Origin: Pecten maximus
Taxonomy: Eukaryota
Direction: 5' to 3'
Length of the DNA stretch: 64,000 nucleotides
NCBI RefSeq assembly: GCF_902652985.1
Contig: NC_047017.1
Location: 20,212,001 to 20,276,000 of the forward strand
This document shows, one piece after another, positions 1 to 21,827 of this stretch. The number at the start of each line of letters is the position of its first letter. Positions within the stretch are counted from its first letter, which is position 1. Under the pieces are notes generated by a model. That model made no database searches and had not been told where the DNA came from. It worked only from the letters and a program-made list of their open reading frames with translations. The translations under genes and the position numbers were made by a program.

Positions 1-41
1 ACATATGCTCTGTTTCGACTCTCATTTCTGTCAATATTAAA

Positions 42-99
42 ATAATTCAGCATTAGACCAATATATCAGTATAATTCAGCATTAGACCAATATATCAGT
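42..99. repeat. 29-bp perfect tandem duplication
   Basis: ATAATTCAGCATTAGACCAATATATCAGT x2. Confidence 0.9.
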
Positions 100-1113
100 A
101 AGTGATCCTTGACTATAAATATGGTAAAAATATGACTCGCGTATACGCGTAACCTACATAACAAGTAAGAACTGCCAAAATAAATGGTTTAGTCAGATCA
201 GTATCATTTTTTCTTAAAAATCTAGACAAAGTGTAAAATGTTACTTAGTAGCTTTTGTTTTTTAATACTTGTATATTGTATAAAAAATCTTAAAGAAAGG
301 AAACGGAAAGAGCAATGAAAAATGCTTTATTTACAGTAAGAGCAACCTTGACCTGAAGATTCCAGACCCCTAAACATTATTTTGTTTAGGTATTTGTGCA
401 ATGAATACCAGCAATAAGTTTCATCAAAATCACTTGAAAATGATTTTTTGGAAGTCAGTTGTGCTATGGTTAGAATCTAATATCAACAGTGACATTGTCC
501 TCGCTCGAATATATGACTGAAATGCAAATTCATTTGAGGTATTGTCAACAAAAAATCCAATTTCATTTAGAGAAAAAAAATAAAAAAGGAAGGTGGTGTG
601 AAAACATTGTTGGTAGAAACATTTAGATATAAGAGGAATTCATATGTAAGAGTGTGTAATATTAATATCAAGGTTACCTAAATAAGACAGTCTGACATGA
701 GAACAAACACAATAACTTAGCCATTTCTCTGAATGTAGTCACGATCCTCTTGTCATTCTGTATCAATATACCCGGGTAATGGTCGTCATTTCCTGAAGAT
801 GTCGCAATACTGTGCAAAGCAGCTGACAGCTGCTGTATCTCATAATGAATTCATTTTTAGTGTTGGGATCCGTTCACCAGGAAGAACAGACAAGCTACTT
901 GAATGACATTCAACATGATATCACTGTTCCAGTTCAGAGTTATTTCCGTTGGAATGGATTGAATTAACACCAATAGACGCGAGTGTCACAAGGCGAACAA
1001 ATAGCTCATTAGGGTCGGTTGTTTGTTAACTTCCCAAAAACCTTTCAGGTAAATTGCAACCACAGTAATTTTTTTTAAATTTGCAAAATCATTAAATTTA
1101 TGAAAACTCATCA

Positions 1114-1341
1114 TCAACAAAATATATTTGAGCCAAATCCAAATATTTGTTTGATCCTGTTCCAATAGTTCACCTTCCATCCATCACGGGTTTTTTCTAG
1201 TTCTGTGTCTGGGACTCCTGTTTGTGTTAGATTCAACATTGTACAATCCTCTTTTTCTACCAGGTCGAAGGTCACAACTGAATAGTGCTCAGCTGGCCAA
1301 CTTTTCACTCTCCATCTCTGAACGATCTTTGTTGGTTGAAC
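1114..1341 (-). CDS. AHSA1: AHSA1 exon 9 (terminal)
   Basis: VQPTKIVQRWRVKSWPAEHYS...NRIKQIFGFGSNIFC*. Confidence 0.96.
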   Translation of the reverse strand, partial: VQPTKIVQRWRVKSWPAEHYSVVTFDLVEKEDCTMLNLTQTGVPDTELEKTRDGWKVNYWNRIKQIFGFGSNIFC

Positions 1342-4300
1342 CTACAATCAAACATTTATTACAAAGAGTTCAAACAATTTTTAAAATATAATTAAAACTT
1401 TGACACCAACACTAAAATGGGAAATATGACAAACAGTAAAGTGTAAAAAGTTCTTCTTCAAGAAGCTTCTTTTAAATAATGATATCTATTAGACACCTGC
1501 CAAAAAATGTTTGCTTGACCAGATATCTTTTTATTCGTTTTATCCATGCCTACATAACAAGCAAATTCATCAGCTTACCAATTCCACAAATTCTCCAGTG
1601 ATATTTCCATTGAGAAATGAGAATCGTCCTCCCTTCTCTACTTCCATTGACACAGGGCCGCATGTAAAGGCCTGCACCATCTAATTATAGATCAAAGTTG
1701 CAAAACTATTAACAGGTCATAATCAGTAATCAATGTCAGAACATGAATGATACACAAAAAAAGTACTAGTATATCCACAGTACTACAATAATGTACTACT
1801 TTAAATAGATTTCTTAAACTAAAACAAAATCACAAAATATCAAGCTTTTTAGACAGTTTTGGTGTTTCTATAAGAACTGTAACATGTGCGATGAGATATG
1901 TTAAGTACATCACATGACAGAATAGTGACTTCCCATTGGCTACATACATAAGTACTATGAGGCAACAGTGCCTCCTGGCTGAGGTGATAGTGGTTCCGGA
2001 CACTATCAAATTTGGCACAAGATAGAACGTGAATTGATTGTGATGTCTTTGTTACCAGTAAATCAGATGACTGCAGTGAATCAGCGAAGGTGTTCCTAAT
2101 GATGATGGTTATGTGAGAAGCACATTCTATGAGTTCTGATTGGAACTTTTGTGCCGGATGCAGATGACAAAAATGTCTGACGCTGAATTTCAGTGCAATA
2201 TTGAAATTTGCAAAATAAAATTATGTGTGATGTATTAAAAAATTACTGCCTTCCTTCTTAGGCACTATGGTCTGATAATGTTGTCTCGAGATAGAATATT
2301 ACCCTTGCATCTGGCTTGGATACTGTGCCATCCTTTGACAACACTATCAGACCATAGTACCTGGCCCGGGTACTATGCCATCCCTCGACAACACTATCAG
2401 ACCATAGTGCCTGGCCCGGGTACTATGCCATCCCCCGACAACACTATCAGACCATAGCGCCTGGCCAGGGTACTATGCCATCCCTCGACAACACTATCAG
2501 GCCAAAGTGCCTGGCCCGGGTACTATAACATCCCTCGACAAAACATTCAGACCAAAGTGCCTGGCCCAGAATCTATGCCACACTTCGACAACACTATCAA
2601 ACCATAGTGCTTGGCCTGGGTACTATGTCATCCCTTGACAACACTTTCAGACCATAGTACTCTCAAAAGAAGCCAATGATATATGATAATTCTCAGTGTC
2701 TGGTGAATATTTGTGAAGGTACAGTGTATAACAAATCTCACAAAAATACTGATCTATATAAAGCATGAACCTATTACTAGTGATAGCACTAAATGTATCT
2801 ATACATGTATCTGATTGTTTTGAATCGTCTGAAGAGAATAATGAAAGCACTTGCATCTGCTTTTCATATCTCAACTCATCGTTATATATATTATCTGTAA
2901 GAGACCATGAGAAATTGTATTCTTCCTTTTTCTGTTACGATGTGCCCTCATCTATCTTACCTCCTTATCTGTGAGAGCTCGGTAGAGGTCCTCTGCACGA
3001 CATTTGAATTCTTCCTTATCTGTCAGTTTCTTTGTATGGATCCTTACACCAACATTTTCTTTTGACTGATTAATTATCATTTTGTTCATTTCTTGTCGCA
3101 TTTTATTCTGAAATTGACAAATGCATCAATGCATCAAAGCATCAAAGAAATTCGATAAAATCAAAAATACCTCATATGCATGTATGTAGAAAAATATATA
3201 GACCAGAAAAGATGCTAAAATTCTGAGAAAATATTTGTATCTTTTTTTATTAAGGGTAAAACTTACTTCAGCTTGTTTCTTTTCTGTGGCCGTCACTGTA
3301 GCACTGCCCTTTGTAGGGAGAACAATCCCTTTTCCATACTCTATAGTAAAAAGAATACATAACTGAATAACAACATATTTTTCAGGTATTAGTGATTTTA
3401 TTTCCCAGAATATTCATTTATGTATAGGCTACTGCAAGGTTTGGACCCTGGATTCAGTATCTGTACAAAAATTTGTCCTCTTAAATGAGGGCTCTCATTC
3501 AGACATTAACCATCTAAAATTCATTCATTCAGTAAATTATCAATTATCATAAGAGTAATGATGAGTTTGTCATGCATTCTGAATTCATTCTGTATTTTTA
3601 AAGATAAAATACAAGCAGAATATATATAAACATCATTGTTACTAATTTTGCATCAGTGGAAATAATAGATGCTGACATTGCTTTTCTTAACATTTTAATT
3701 TACATTTTATCAATCTTGCTTTACCATCCAGTCACCATAATCCTTTATATCACTTCACGAGTAACATGACTTTTAGTTTAAATTACACTTTACAGAGAAT
3801 CTTAACACACATATTACCTTCTTTTAGCTCTTTCATGTACTTGGCAAGTTGTGTTCGAACCATAGTCCTGTCCTTTCTTTCTCATCATCTCTTTTACTTT
3901 AAATGATTCATCTGTCGTTTTGTCTATTGTCACTTCAAACTGAAGAAAATTAAAAATCACAAATTATATATTATAAAACAGGTGAGGAGGTAGTTGCATA
4001 GCTACATTCTGTCTTAAACTGGCTAAGTGTGACATTTGACTCCTTACCCTAGACCAAGACTTAGCCACTGGACTATTGTGAGTATGTTTCTGACTCCCCA
4101 AAATGAGATATAAATCTTATATTTGGAGGGACATGTCTATCTGACATATGTTTTGACCGCTCAGATTTCTACAAAATTGTGATTTGACTTCTGCATCTAA
4201 AACTAAAAATCAATGATCAACTGGATACTCTGTCTGATTAGTAATCATAACCACTAAAGTCTTATCAAATGTAGAAATTTGGGTTAAAATGGCGTGGTTT

Positions 4301-7034
4301 GAATCAATGTAAACTAAATTTACTGGTATTGTGAAAGAATGTGGAATAAATTGTAGGCAAGTTGTAATTTTTTGATAAGGGGCATGACTAGATGCCAAAG
4401 TTATAGTAAATATAATGGAAAAAATAGAATCAACACAACTGTTTTCAGGCCTAACGACCATCTTCAGACGACACATTTATTGTAACGTCTTGGTAACCAC
4501 ATTATGATGTCATACAAAAGGGGAGATAATAAATATACATGATACTTACATTTATTTCATCAGCATCATTTTCCTCACTTAGATTAGGAATTTCAAACTT
4601 TCCTTTATGTTTCTTTACACCATCTTTAAGTTTCCCTAAAAACAAAAGCACTTTATGGATAAGTACCAGACAATGGATGTTTCTACCTTGAAGTTCAAAG
4701 GACCCAAATGGCTACTTGGCCACGAACATTTACTTTACAAAATAGTTTTTCTAACTCATTTTCTGAGAGAAATAAAGACAACCAAACATAGAACTCACAA
4801 AATTGCAATTAAGGAGACAAATAGAAAAATGAATTATGGTGTTATTATAAATCAAATCTAAGCAAAGTAATTTCTGTCGATATTGTTACCCAAATACATT
4901 TTGTACATGATAAAATACACTAAAGATTGAAATTTTGAAGAAATTGACTATAATTATGATTTTCAAAATATGTTGTCAATGTACAATTTGAAATAAATAC
5001 TGAAGCACTATGATGAGAAAAAAAAGGAATGCAATGAAAAAAAAAATCTGATTTTGAAGCAATTGAAAAAGTAAGATAATATTGTTCTAATATAAGGGAA
5101 CCATTACATATCTCTTTTTTGAACCAATTATTCTACCTGGTATACATACATGTATACACAAACAACTCACCTGACCATTCTCCTGCAATAGTCCATTCAT
5201 AGAAGAATATAAGTTTTCCTTTTCTATTATTTGCTGAAGCTTCCCCATCTAATGTTGTCAGGGATTTTATTTCACAGAAACCTGCAAAGGATATAATATC
5301 TGTTGAAGAGATCAAGGCGCTAGGACTTTATACATGATTATATCAAGACTGTCAATCGTTTAAAATTCATTATTAAACAAGAAGCCCAATGGGCCTGTAT
5401 CGCTCACTTATGCAACTATGAAGTTGATCTAGGTCATCTATACAGACGCTAACCTGTTAACCATGCTTACCCACTAGCTATAGATTGAAACATGAGAGAA
5501 GATTGTTTATTCATTCCAGCATACTTCTCATCCAAATATCAATTCTTATGATTGTTAGAAGTCGTCATTTAAAGTTTTGACACATTGAATCCCTACTACA
5601 TTGAATGTAAGTCAAGGTCATTCATTTGAACAAACTATGAAGCCCTTCACCAATCATGTTACAGGCCTGATATCAGGTCTCTGGGTATCTCTGTTTTTGA
5701 GAAGAGATGCAGCACCATGACATAAGCTCTCATACCCTTTCGACAGAGCGTTAAACTATTTTACTTTAGATTATTAGACAAACCTGTTTTCAAAACCAAA
5801 ATGATGTGTGATGTTTATGGCCACATAAAACTGTTATTTCATTACTTAATACCCTTTTGTACACCTCACCAATATGATCATCTTATTCCATTAATGAAAA
5901 CTTACATTCTTCATCTTCAACAACCAATCCATTTAACAGTTCCTTCAGCTTATCTTTTGACCAATTTGTTGCATTCTTCTCAGTCCTAAAAAAAACAATG
6001 TAAATATCTTTCATTGTGTTTACATGCTAATGACATTTACTTTTTATTAAACAGCCTTTCATAAACCTACCAATAAAAAAAGACTTTTAAAAAACAATAA
6101 CAGAAAGAACTAATCTATTACAATGGAAAGCTTTTAACTCACAGGCAAAATACTATATCTATACATGTAACATCATATGTTGGCATTGAATTTTCTTTTC
6201 AAGTAATGAAGCAAACGAACTTTGAGAACAAATGCCTTGACCTAATGGGACAATCATGCAGACCACAGATAATAAGCAACTTGTTTAGCTAACTAGTCAA
6301 CTGTTCATTTTAAGGGGTCTTGTTGTCCATCATTTCATGATCCAGTATCCTATTCTTTACTATTTTACTTGTCTAAAAAAATAAACTAGCATCATTTCTA
6401 CTAATCCGAAGGTTTCTGATTATTTATTATATGTTTTCATTGTATGCTAGTACATGTTTTGTATATATATGACTGTGACTACGCCTAAGTTGGTAATGCC
6501 AATAAAAGAATTGAATTGCTTAATTAAAATGTTATATGGGCCGATAGAATATAAATAGTGTTAAACGATTTCATTATTTAAAACCAATACTTACAATTGA
6601 TATTTGTGAAATTAGATATTTACTGCTATCCTATAAAAGCCTACAGCCATGAATCAGATGTAAGGAAACATATTTTATCAATATGATACTGGATTTGCCT
6701 TAAAAGCCTCAAAATCAAATCTACGAATTATTGAACATATAATATATTACAAAACATGCAATGTAAATTATGACATTAATTTCAAACGCTTACTGAATAT
6801 ATCCGTTTAAAGAGTGTTCATCTTTGTAAGACACATTTCCAAACAATCGGTTACCAGTTTCTGACCGATTTTCCCGTGTCAAAACGTCTCGATAAATTGA
6901 AAGCACACAAGTCATCAAGTTCAACTGATTGTATGATTAATATCTATTACTTACCAATGCCAATTATTTACATTTGTGCCGTCTGGTCGTTCTTCTACAA
7001 TCCATCGAGGATCTCCTTCTCCCCATTTAGCCAT
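1114..7034 (-). CDS. AHSA1: Activator of Hsp90 ATPase 1 (Aha1), 9 coding exons, 342 aa if the 1-nt insertion in exon 5 is removed
   Basis: Exons (minus): 7034-6955, 5985-5906, 5281-5171, 4635-4550, 3939-3818, 3340-3267, 3107-2961, 1680-1579, 1341-1114, all GT-AG. Translation has the diagnostic MAKWGEGDPRWIVEERPDGTNVNNWHW (NxNNWHW), NNRKGKLIFFYEW (RKxK) and EIPNLSEEN, plus the C-terminal START-like domain ending GWKVNYWNRIKQIFGFG. Confidence 0.97.
1579..1680 (-). CDS. AHSA1: AHSA1 exon 8
   Basis: MVQAFTCGPVSMEVEKGGRFSFLNGNITGEFVEL; ttag/gtaagc. Confidence 0.95.
2260..2661. repeat. 50-bp minisatellite (~7 copies, 2311-2661) preceded by an inverted partial unit (2260-2290)
   Basis: Unit GGGTACTATGCCATCCCTCGACAACACTATCAGACCATAGTGCCTGGCCC; AGGCACTATGGTCTGATAATGTTGTC is the near reverse complement of part of the unit. 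Confidence 0.92.
2961..3107 (-). CDS. AHSA1: AHSA1 exon 7
   Basis: NKMRQEMNKMIINQSKENVGVRIHTKKLTDKEEFKCRAEDLYRALTDKE; tcag/gtaaga. Confidence 0.93.
3267..3340 (-). CDS. AHSA1: AHSA1 exon 6
   Basis: (E)YGKGIVLPTKGSATVTATEKKQAE; atag/gtaagt. Confidence 0.92.
3818..3939 (-). CDS. AHSA1: AHSA1 exon 5 (contains +1 frameshift near 3864)
   Basis: FEVTIDKTTDESFKVKEMMRKKGQD-[extra nt]-MVRTQLAKYMKELKE; the exon is 122 nt where 121 is needed for phase. Confidence 0.9.
4550..4635 (-). CDS. AHSA1: AHSA1 exon 4
   Basis: KLKDGVKKHKGKFEIPNLSEENDADEIN; ttag/gtaagt. Confidence 0.95.
5171..5281 (-). CDS. AHSA1: AHSA1 exon 3
   Basis: FCEIKSLTTLDGEASANNRKGKLIFFYEWTIAGEWS; gcag/gtgagt. Confidence 0.95.
5375..5755 (-). 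mobile_element. Non-autonomous Helentron/Helitron-like interspersed element (HINE-like)
   Basis: Terminus AAACAAGAAGCCCAATGGGCCTGTATCGCTCACTT (GCCC/GGGC stem-loop next to a T run on the minus strand) is the near reverse complement of the end of the element at 15356-15554; family assignment from remembered structure, not searched. Confidence 0.55.
5906..5985 (-). CDS. AHSA1: AHSA1 exon 2
   Basis: (W)TEKNATNWSKDKLKELLNGLVVEDEE; polyT-ag acceptor, gtaagt donor. Confidence 0.95.
6955..7034 (-). CDS. AHSA1: AHSA1 exon 1
   Basis: ATG at 7034, MAKWGEGDPRWIVEERPDGTNVNNWH, donor gtaagt. Confidence 0.96.
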
Positions 7035-7419
7035 TTTAAAGAAAACAGACTGTATCGTTTGAAAAAACAACAATTATTTGTTAATTGTCTATTATTATTG
7101 AAATGTTTACTGACACCGCTTCGATACAGTCAACGCTGTTCTGCACGTTTCTGGAAGGGAATCTCCCGGAAGTCGTATCGCGCCCCCTATGAAGAGAATA
7201 TTCCAGAAAATGTTATGCCAAAAACATATATTTGACAACGATACACTTAGAAATCGTCTCGGAATACAATACAAATTTAAACAATGTTGTCTTCCGTTAA
7301 TAAATGTGTATATTATCGTATCGGTAATGAAAAATATTCATATAAATATAAATGCTCAAGGGAAGTCACTCACAAATCCTTGACTCGGACCTAATTCTAC
7401 ATCCGGAATAATTGGCAGC
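7035..7419. promoter_or_regulatory. Bidirectional promoter/5' UTR region between AHSA1 and DDX52
   Basis: Only 385 bp between divergent ATGs; locally CpG-enriched; ETS-like CCGGAAG at 7166-7172. Confidence 0.85.
7195..7209. promoter_or_regulatory. Heat-shock element (HSF binding site), perfect 3-unit
   Basis: aGAAt aTTCc aGAAa = nGAAn nTTCn nGAAn; second imperfect HSE tTTCt gGAAg gGAAt cTCCc gGAAg at 7148-7172; AHSA1 is a known HSF1 target. Confidence 0.8.
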
Positions 7420-17038
<9,619 letters not shown>

Positions 17039-17091
17039 GATCATGTGGTGTTCTACCGTGGGGACAGCTGTTGGTTCATCGTGTCATCTTC

Positions 17092-17097
17092 ATTAAA
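17092..17097 (+). terminator. Candidate DDX52 polyadenylation signal ATTAAA
   Basis: ATTAAA 54 nt after the stop, followed by T/GT-rich sequence (ATTTTGTTGTTT). Confidence 0.5.
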
Positions 17098-17507
17098 TTG
17101 TATATAAGTTTTCATCAGATATTTTGTTGTTTATGCATCAATCTGACATGAACCATTACAGGAAAGCTTCCTTTAATCTATTCAGAATTAACTAGAATAT
17201 CTGTAAACAAAAACAAAACTAAACAAAAACAACAGATATTTACATCTGACTCACTGCCTTCAGTCTATTTGGTATTTATTTGGGGGAATCTTTATATCCA
17301 TTCATATATCTTGAACCATGCAAATTTGATCTTTGACCTTCTGTTTCAATTCAGCTGCGTAAATGCTGCGTCTTGATTTGCATATAGTCACTAAGTAATG
17401 TTAATACTGGCACTGGTGTTTACTAGTTGCAACTGGTCCTATAATGTCAGCCACGTAGCTTAGGGCTGTAGGTGAATCGGGTAGGAGACTACTGCAAGGA
17501 TAGTTAC

Positions 17508-20294
17508 GGGTAGGGGTGCCCTCTAATTGGATAGGAGGTGTCCTCTAGATGGATGGATAGGGTAGGGTGTGTCCTCAAGATGGATGGATAGGATAGGGGG
17601 TGTCCTCTAGATGGATGGGTGGGATAGAAGTGTCCTCTAGATGGATGGGTGGGATAGAAGTGTCCTCTAGATGGATGGGTGGGATAAGGGTGTCCTCTAG
17701 ATGGATGGGTGGGATATGGGGTGTCCTCTAGATGGGTGGGTGGGATAGAGGTGTCCTCTAGATGGGTGGGTGGGATAGAGGTGTCCTCTAGATGGGTGGG
17801 TGGGATAGAGGTGTCCTCTAGAAAGATGGATGGGATAGGGTTGTCCTCTAGATGGATGGGTTGGATAGAGGTGTCCTCTAGATGGATGGGTTGGATAGAG
17901 GTGTCCTCTAGATGGATGGGTTGGATAGAGGTGTCCTCTAGATGGATGGGTGGGATAGAGGTGTCCTCAAGATGGGTGGGTGGGATAAGGGTGTCCTCTA
18001 GATGGGTGGGTGGGATAGAGGTGTCTTCTAGATGGGTGGATGGGATAGAGGTGTCCTCTAGATGGGTGGGTGGGATAGAGGTGTCCTCTAGATGGATGGG
18101 TGGGATAGGGGTGTCCTCTAGATGGGTGGGTGGGTGGGTTAGGGGTGTCCTCTAGGCGGATAGGATGTGTCCTTTAGGCGGATAGGATGTGTCCTCTAGA
18201 TGAAGTGGTTGGATAGTGTTGTCCTGTAGATGAAGTGGTGGGATAGTGGTGTCCTCTAGGCGGATAGGATGTGTCCTCTAGATGGATGGTTGGGATAGGG
18301 GATGTCCTCTAGATGGATGGGTCGTCTAAACAGATGGTTGGGATAGGGGTGTCCACTAAACAGATGGGTGGGATAGGAGGTGTCCTCTAGATGGATGGGT
18401 CGTCTAAACAGATGGTTGGGATAGGGGTGTCCACTAAACAGATGGGTGGGATAGGAGGTGTCCTCTAGATGGATGGGTCCGATAGGGGTGTCCTCTAGAT
18501 GGATGGGTCCGATAGGGGTGTCCTAGATGAATGGATGGGCTAGGGGTGTCCTCTAAACAGATGGTTGGGATAGGAGGTGTCCTCTAGATGAATGAATGGG
18601 ATAGTGGTGTCCTCGAGACAGATGGTTGGGATAGGGGGTGTCCTCTAGACAGATGGTTGGGATAGGGGGTGTCCTCTAGATGAATGGATGGGATATGATA
18701 GGGGTGTCCTCTAGATGAATGGATGGGATAGGGGTGACCTCTAGATGAATGGATGGGATAGGAGTGTCCTCTAGATGGATGGATGGGATAGAGGTGTCCC
18801 CTAGATGGGTGGGTGATATAGCTTGTGTCCTCTAGATGGATGGGATAGTGGTGTCCTCTAGGCGGATGGATGGGATAGGAGGTGACCTCTAGACAGATTG
18901 GTGGGATAGGGGTGTCCTCTAAACAGATGGTTGGGATATAGGTGTCCTCAAGACGAATGGATGGGATAGGGGGTGACCTCTAGACAGATTGGTGGGATAG
19001 GGGTGTCCTCTAAACAGATGGTTGGGATATAGGTGTCCTCAAGACGAATGGATGGGGTAGGGGTGACCTCTAGACAGATGGGTGGGGTAGGGGTGTCCTC
19101 TAGATGGATGGATGGGATAGGTGTCCTCTAGATGGATGGGTGGGATAGGGGGTGTCCTCTAGATGGATGGATGGAAAAGGTGTCCTCTAGACAGATGGTT
19201 GCAATAGGGGTGTCCTCTTAAACAGATGAGTGGCTCCTCTAGATGGATGGGTAGGTAGGGGATGCCATCTGGATGATGGGTGGGATAGAAGGTCTCCTCT
19301 AAATGAATGGATGGTATAGGAGATGTCTTCTAAATGGATGTGATAGGCAGATAGGTGTGATAGTGAGTGTCCTCTAGATGGATGGGTTGGAAAGGTGACC
19401 TTAAGGATAGGTTGGATAGGAGGTGTCCTCTAGACAGATTGGTGGGATAGGGGTGACCTCGAGATAGATTGATTGGGTAGGGATGTCCTCTAGATGGGTG
19501 AGTGGGATAGGGGGTGACCTCTAGATGGATGGGTGGGATAGGTGTGTCCTCTAGATAGATTTGTGGGAAGGGGATGTCCTCTAGATGGATGGGTGGGATA
19601 GGGGGTGTCGTCTAGACAGATTGGTGGGATAGGGGTGTCCTCTAGATGGGTGGGTGGGATAGGGGTGTCGTCTAGACAGATTGGTGGGATAGGGGGTGTC
19701 GTCTAGACAGATTGGTCGGATAGGGGTGTGTCCTCTAGATGGGTGGGTGGGATAGGGGGTGACCTATAGATGGATGGGTTGGATAGGGGGTGTCGTCTAG
19801 ACAGATTGGTGGGATAGGGGGTGTATTCTGGATGGATGGATGGGATAGGGGTTGACCACTAGACAGATTGTTGGGATAGGGTGTCCTTTAGATGGGTGGG
19901 TGGGATAGGGGGTGTCCTCTAGACAGATTGGTGGGATAGGGGGTGTCGTCTAGACAGATTGGTGGGATAGGGTGTGTCCTCTAGATAGATTTATGGGATT
20001 GGGATGTCCTCTAGATGGATGGGTGGGATAGGGGTTGTCGTCTAGACAGATTGGTGGGATAGGGGGTGACCTCTAGACAGATTGGGGTGTCCTCTGAGCA
20101 GATTGGTGGGATAGGGGGTGACCTCTATATGGGTGGGATAGGGGTGTCCTCTATATGGATGGGTGGGATAGGGGTGTCCTCTAGATGGATGGGTGGGATA
20201 GGAGGGTGTCCTCTAGATGGATGGGTGGGATAGGGGTGACCTCTAGATGGATGGGTGGGATAGGGATGTCCTCTAGATGGATGGGTGGGATAGG
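17508..20294. repeat. G-rich 30-bp satellite array, ~2.8 kb, ~90 units
   Basis: Consensus GTGTCCTCTAGATGGATGGGTGGGATAG(A/G)G; homogeneous at both ends, degenerate in the middle. Confidence 0.97.
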
Positions 20295-21039
20295 CAAGTT
20301 TTAGAATTTTGTACCTACTGTTTGAGGAAGCTGTATCTGTTTCTGTCTCAATTCTTGATATTTTCTGACGGTGTGACATCGAACCTAAGGTTACATTGAC
20401 AGAGACAACTGAGGAGTATGTGGCGTTTTCTAGTAAATCCAGTACACATTGTCGAAAAATGTCTTTTTTTTCAAATCTATAGATGCATATTTTTTTATGA
20501 AAGGGAACTATGCCTACGACAATATCCATTAATAAAGGCACTATCAAGCTCCATATACTCGCGCACAAAGTCACATCAAACATATATACAAGCAGAACTA
20601 CAGTCAACTACAAATATTGTCATTTTTTTAAACATTCAGCATGAGATTTGTTGAGATTTAACTATTTTAAATATATTGATGGTCTATAGATTCAATATCC
20701 GTTAATATATATCATTACATTCACACGTATTTGTAACAATTTAAAATAATCCACTTGATTTCGATAATCCCATTATACTGAATAGTGGTTTAGTTTTCAG
20801 ATAATAGGCTCTGAACACCTTACGTTTCTTATTTCTAAGGTGAAATTAACACGCCCGGAATATCATTTCTTTTGTAATTAGACCGTGTATATTTGTTTTG
20901 TTAACCAAGAGTGAATGGAGTATCATGCTATGTGGTTTCTTTGTTTAGTGAAGTGGTTTTGGAGAAGGTAACAGTCTATTGTGTTGATCCAATCAGTTGT
21001 AGACTCGTCTACGACTTGCAATTAGCATATCTTCCTGAA

Positions 21040-21169
21040 TAAAGGAAGGACATTTTAAATATGGCGGTTGGGTACTGAAAAATTAGAGATTCCTTTCGAC
21101 TTTCGAACATCATGTTTACTTGTGGTGACTGGCGCCTATCATCTTTCTGATAAAACATTACTTTCACAA
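21040..21169 (+). promoter_or_regulatory. Candidate promoter/first non-coding exon of the spectrin-repeat gene
   Basis: YY1-like AAATATGGCGG at 21057-21067, local CpG enrichment, donor CAA|GTAAGT at 21170. Confidence 0.4.
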
Positions 21170-21827
21170 GTAAGTATTAATTTACGATAATTACTAACGC
21201 TGTATACTTCTTCCGAGATGGACAGGTGTCCGTTTAACGGGTAGTTGTCATTCAAATTCAAGACAATTCGTCCAGAATTTAATGAATACATTTAATGAAT
21301 ACATTTTGTTTATAATATAAGAACATGTTTTATATAATATTTATGATCCGTATAATATATAAGATTTTGTGCACTTTTTAAGTTGTGCTCTGAGTTCTGC
21401 CTACAATACGTCATGAATATATGATAAGTTTTGTTTAGCTATATATACGTTTATTGTACTCTAAAATGCTTACATTAAACCTATTATAGACCTATTATGG
21501 CCAAAAATTCAACGTCAGAAGTTAGAGACTTTTCTAATTGAAAGATTAAAGTTTATTTTTTTTTATAATCCGCCTTGAACTTTCTGAGGACAAACATATA
21601 TCTGATTGTTAACTCAGTCACAATGCTATCAATTACTGAGTAGATATTGAAATCTATGTGTATATAATATTGTATGTCAGTGCCAATGTCTTTGTTTGTT
21701 AACAAATACTGGGCTGTTATAAAGCTATTGTACTGAATATTGATGTAATTGACCATTATAATTCGTTACAGTTTAATTCATGTTTACTTGATACTAAAAA
21801 TATATATCCCTGTACGTACAAATGTAG

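Noticed and set aside
690-990. GC-richer stretch downstream of AHSA1 as a possible exon
   Set aside because: The minus-strand frames I read are interrupted, there is no long ORF on either strand and no clear splice pair; may be UTR or repeat.
4425-4475. Hammerhead-like CTGAAGA-TGGTCGTTAGGCCT-GAAA on the minus strand (sense to AHSA1)
   Set aside because: Core and a weak stem II are present, but there is no convincing stem I or III pairing; at best a decayed copy.
17709-18155. 148-aa repetitive ORF (SSRWVGGIEV)n, and the repeat-derived end of ORF 20125-20607
   Set aside because: Translation of the 30-bp satellite; no splice or codon evidence.
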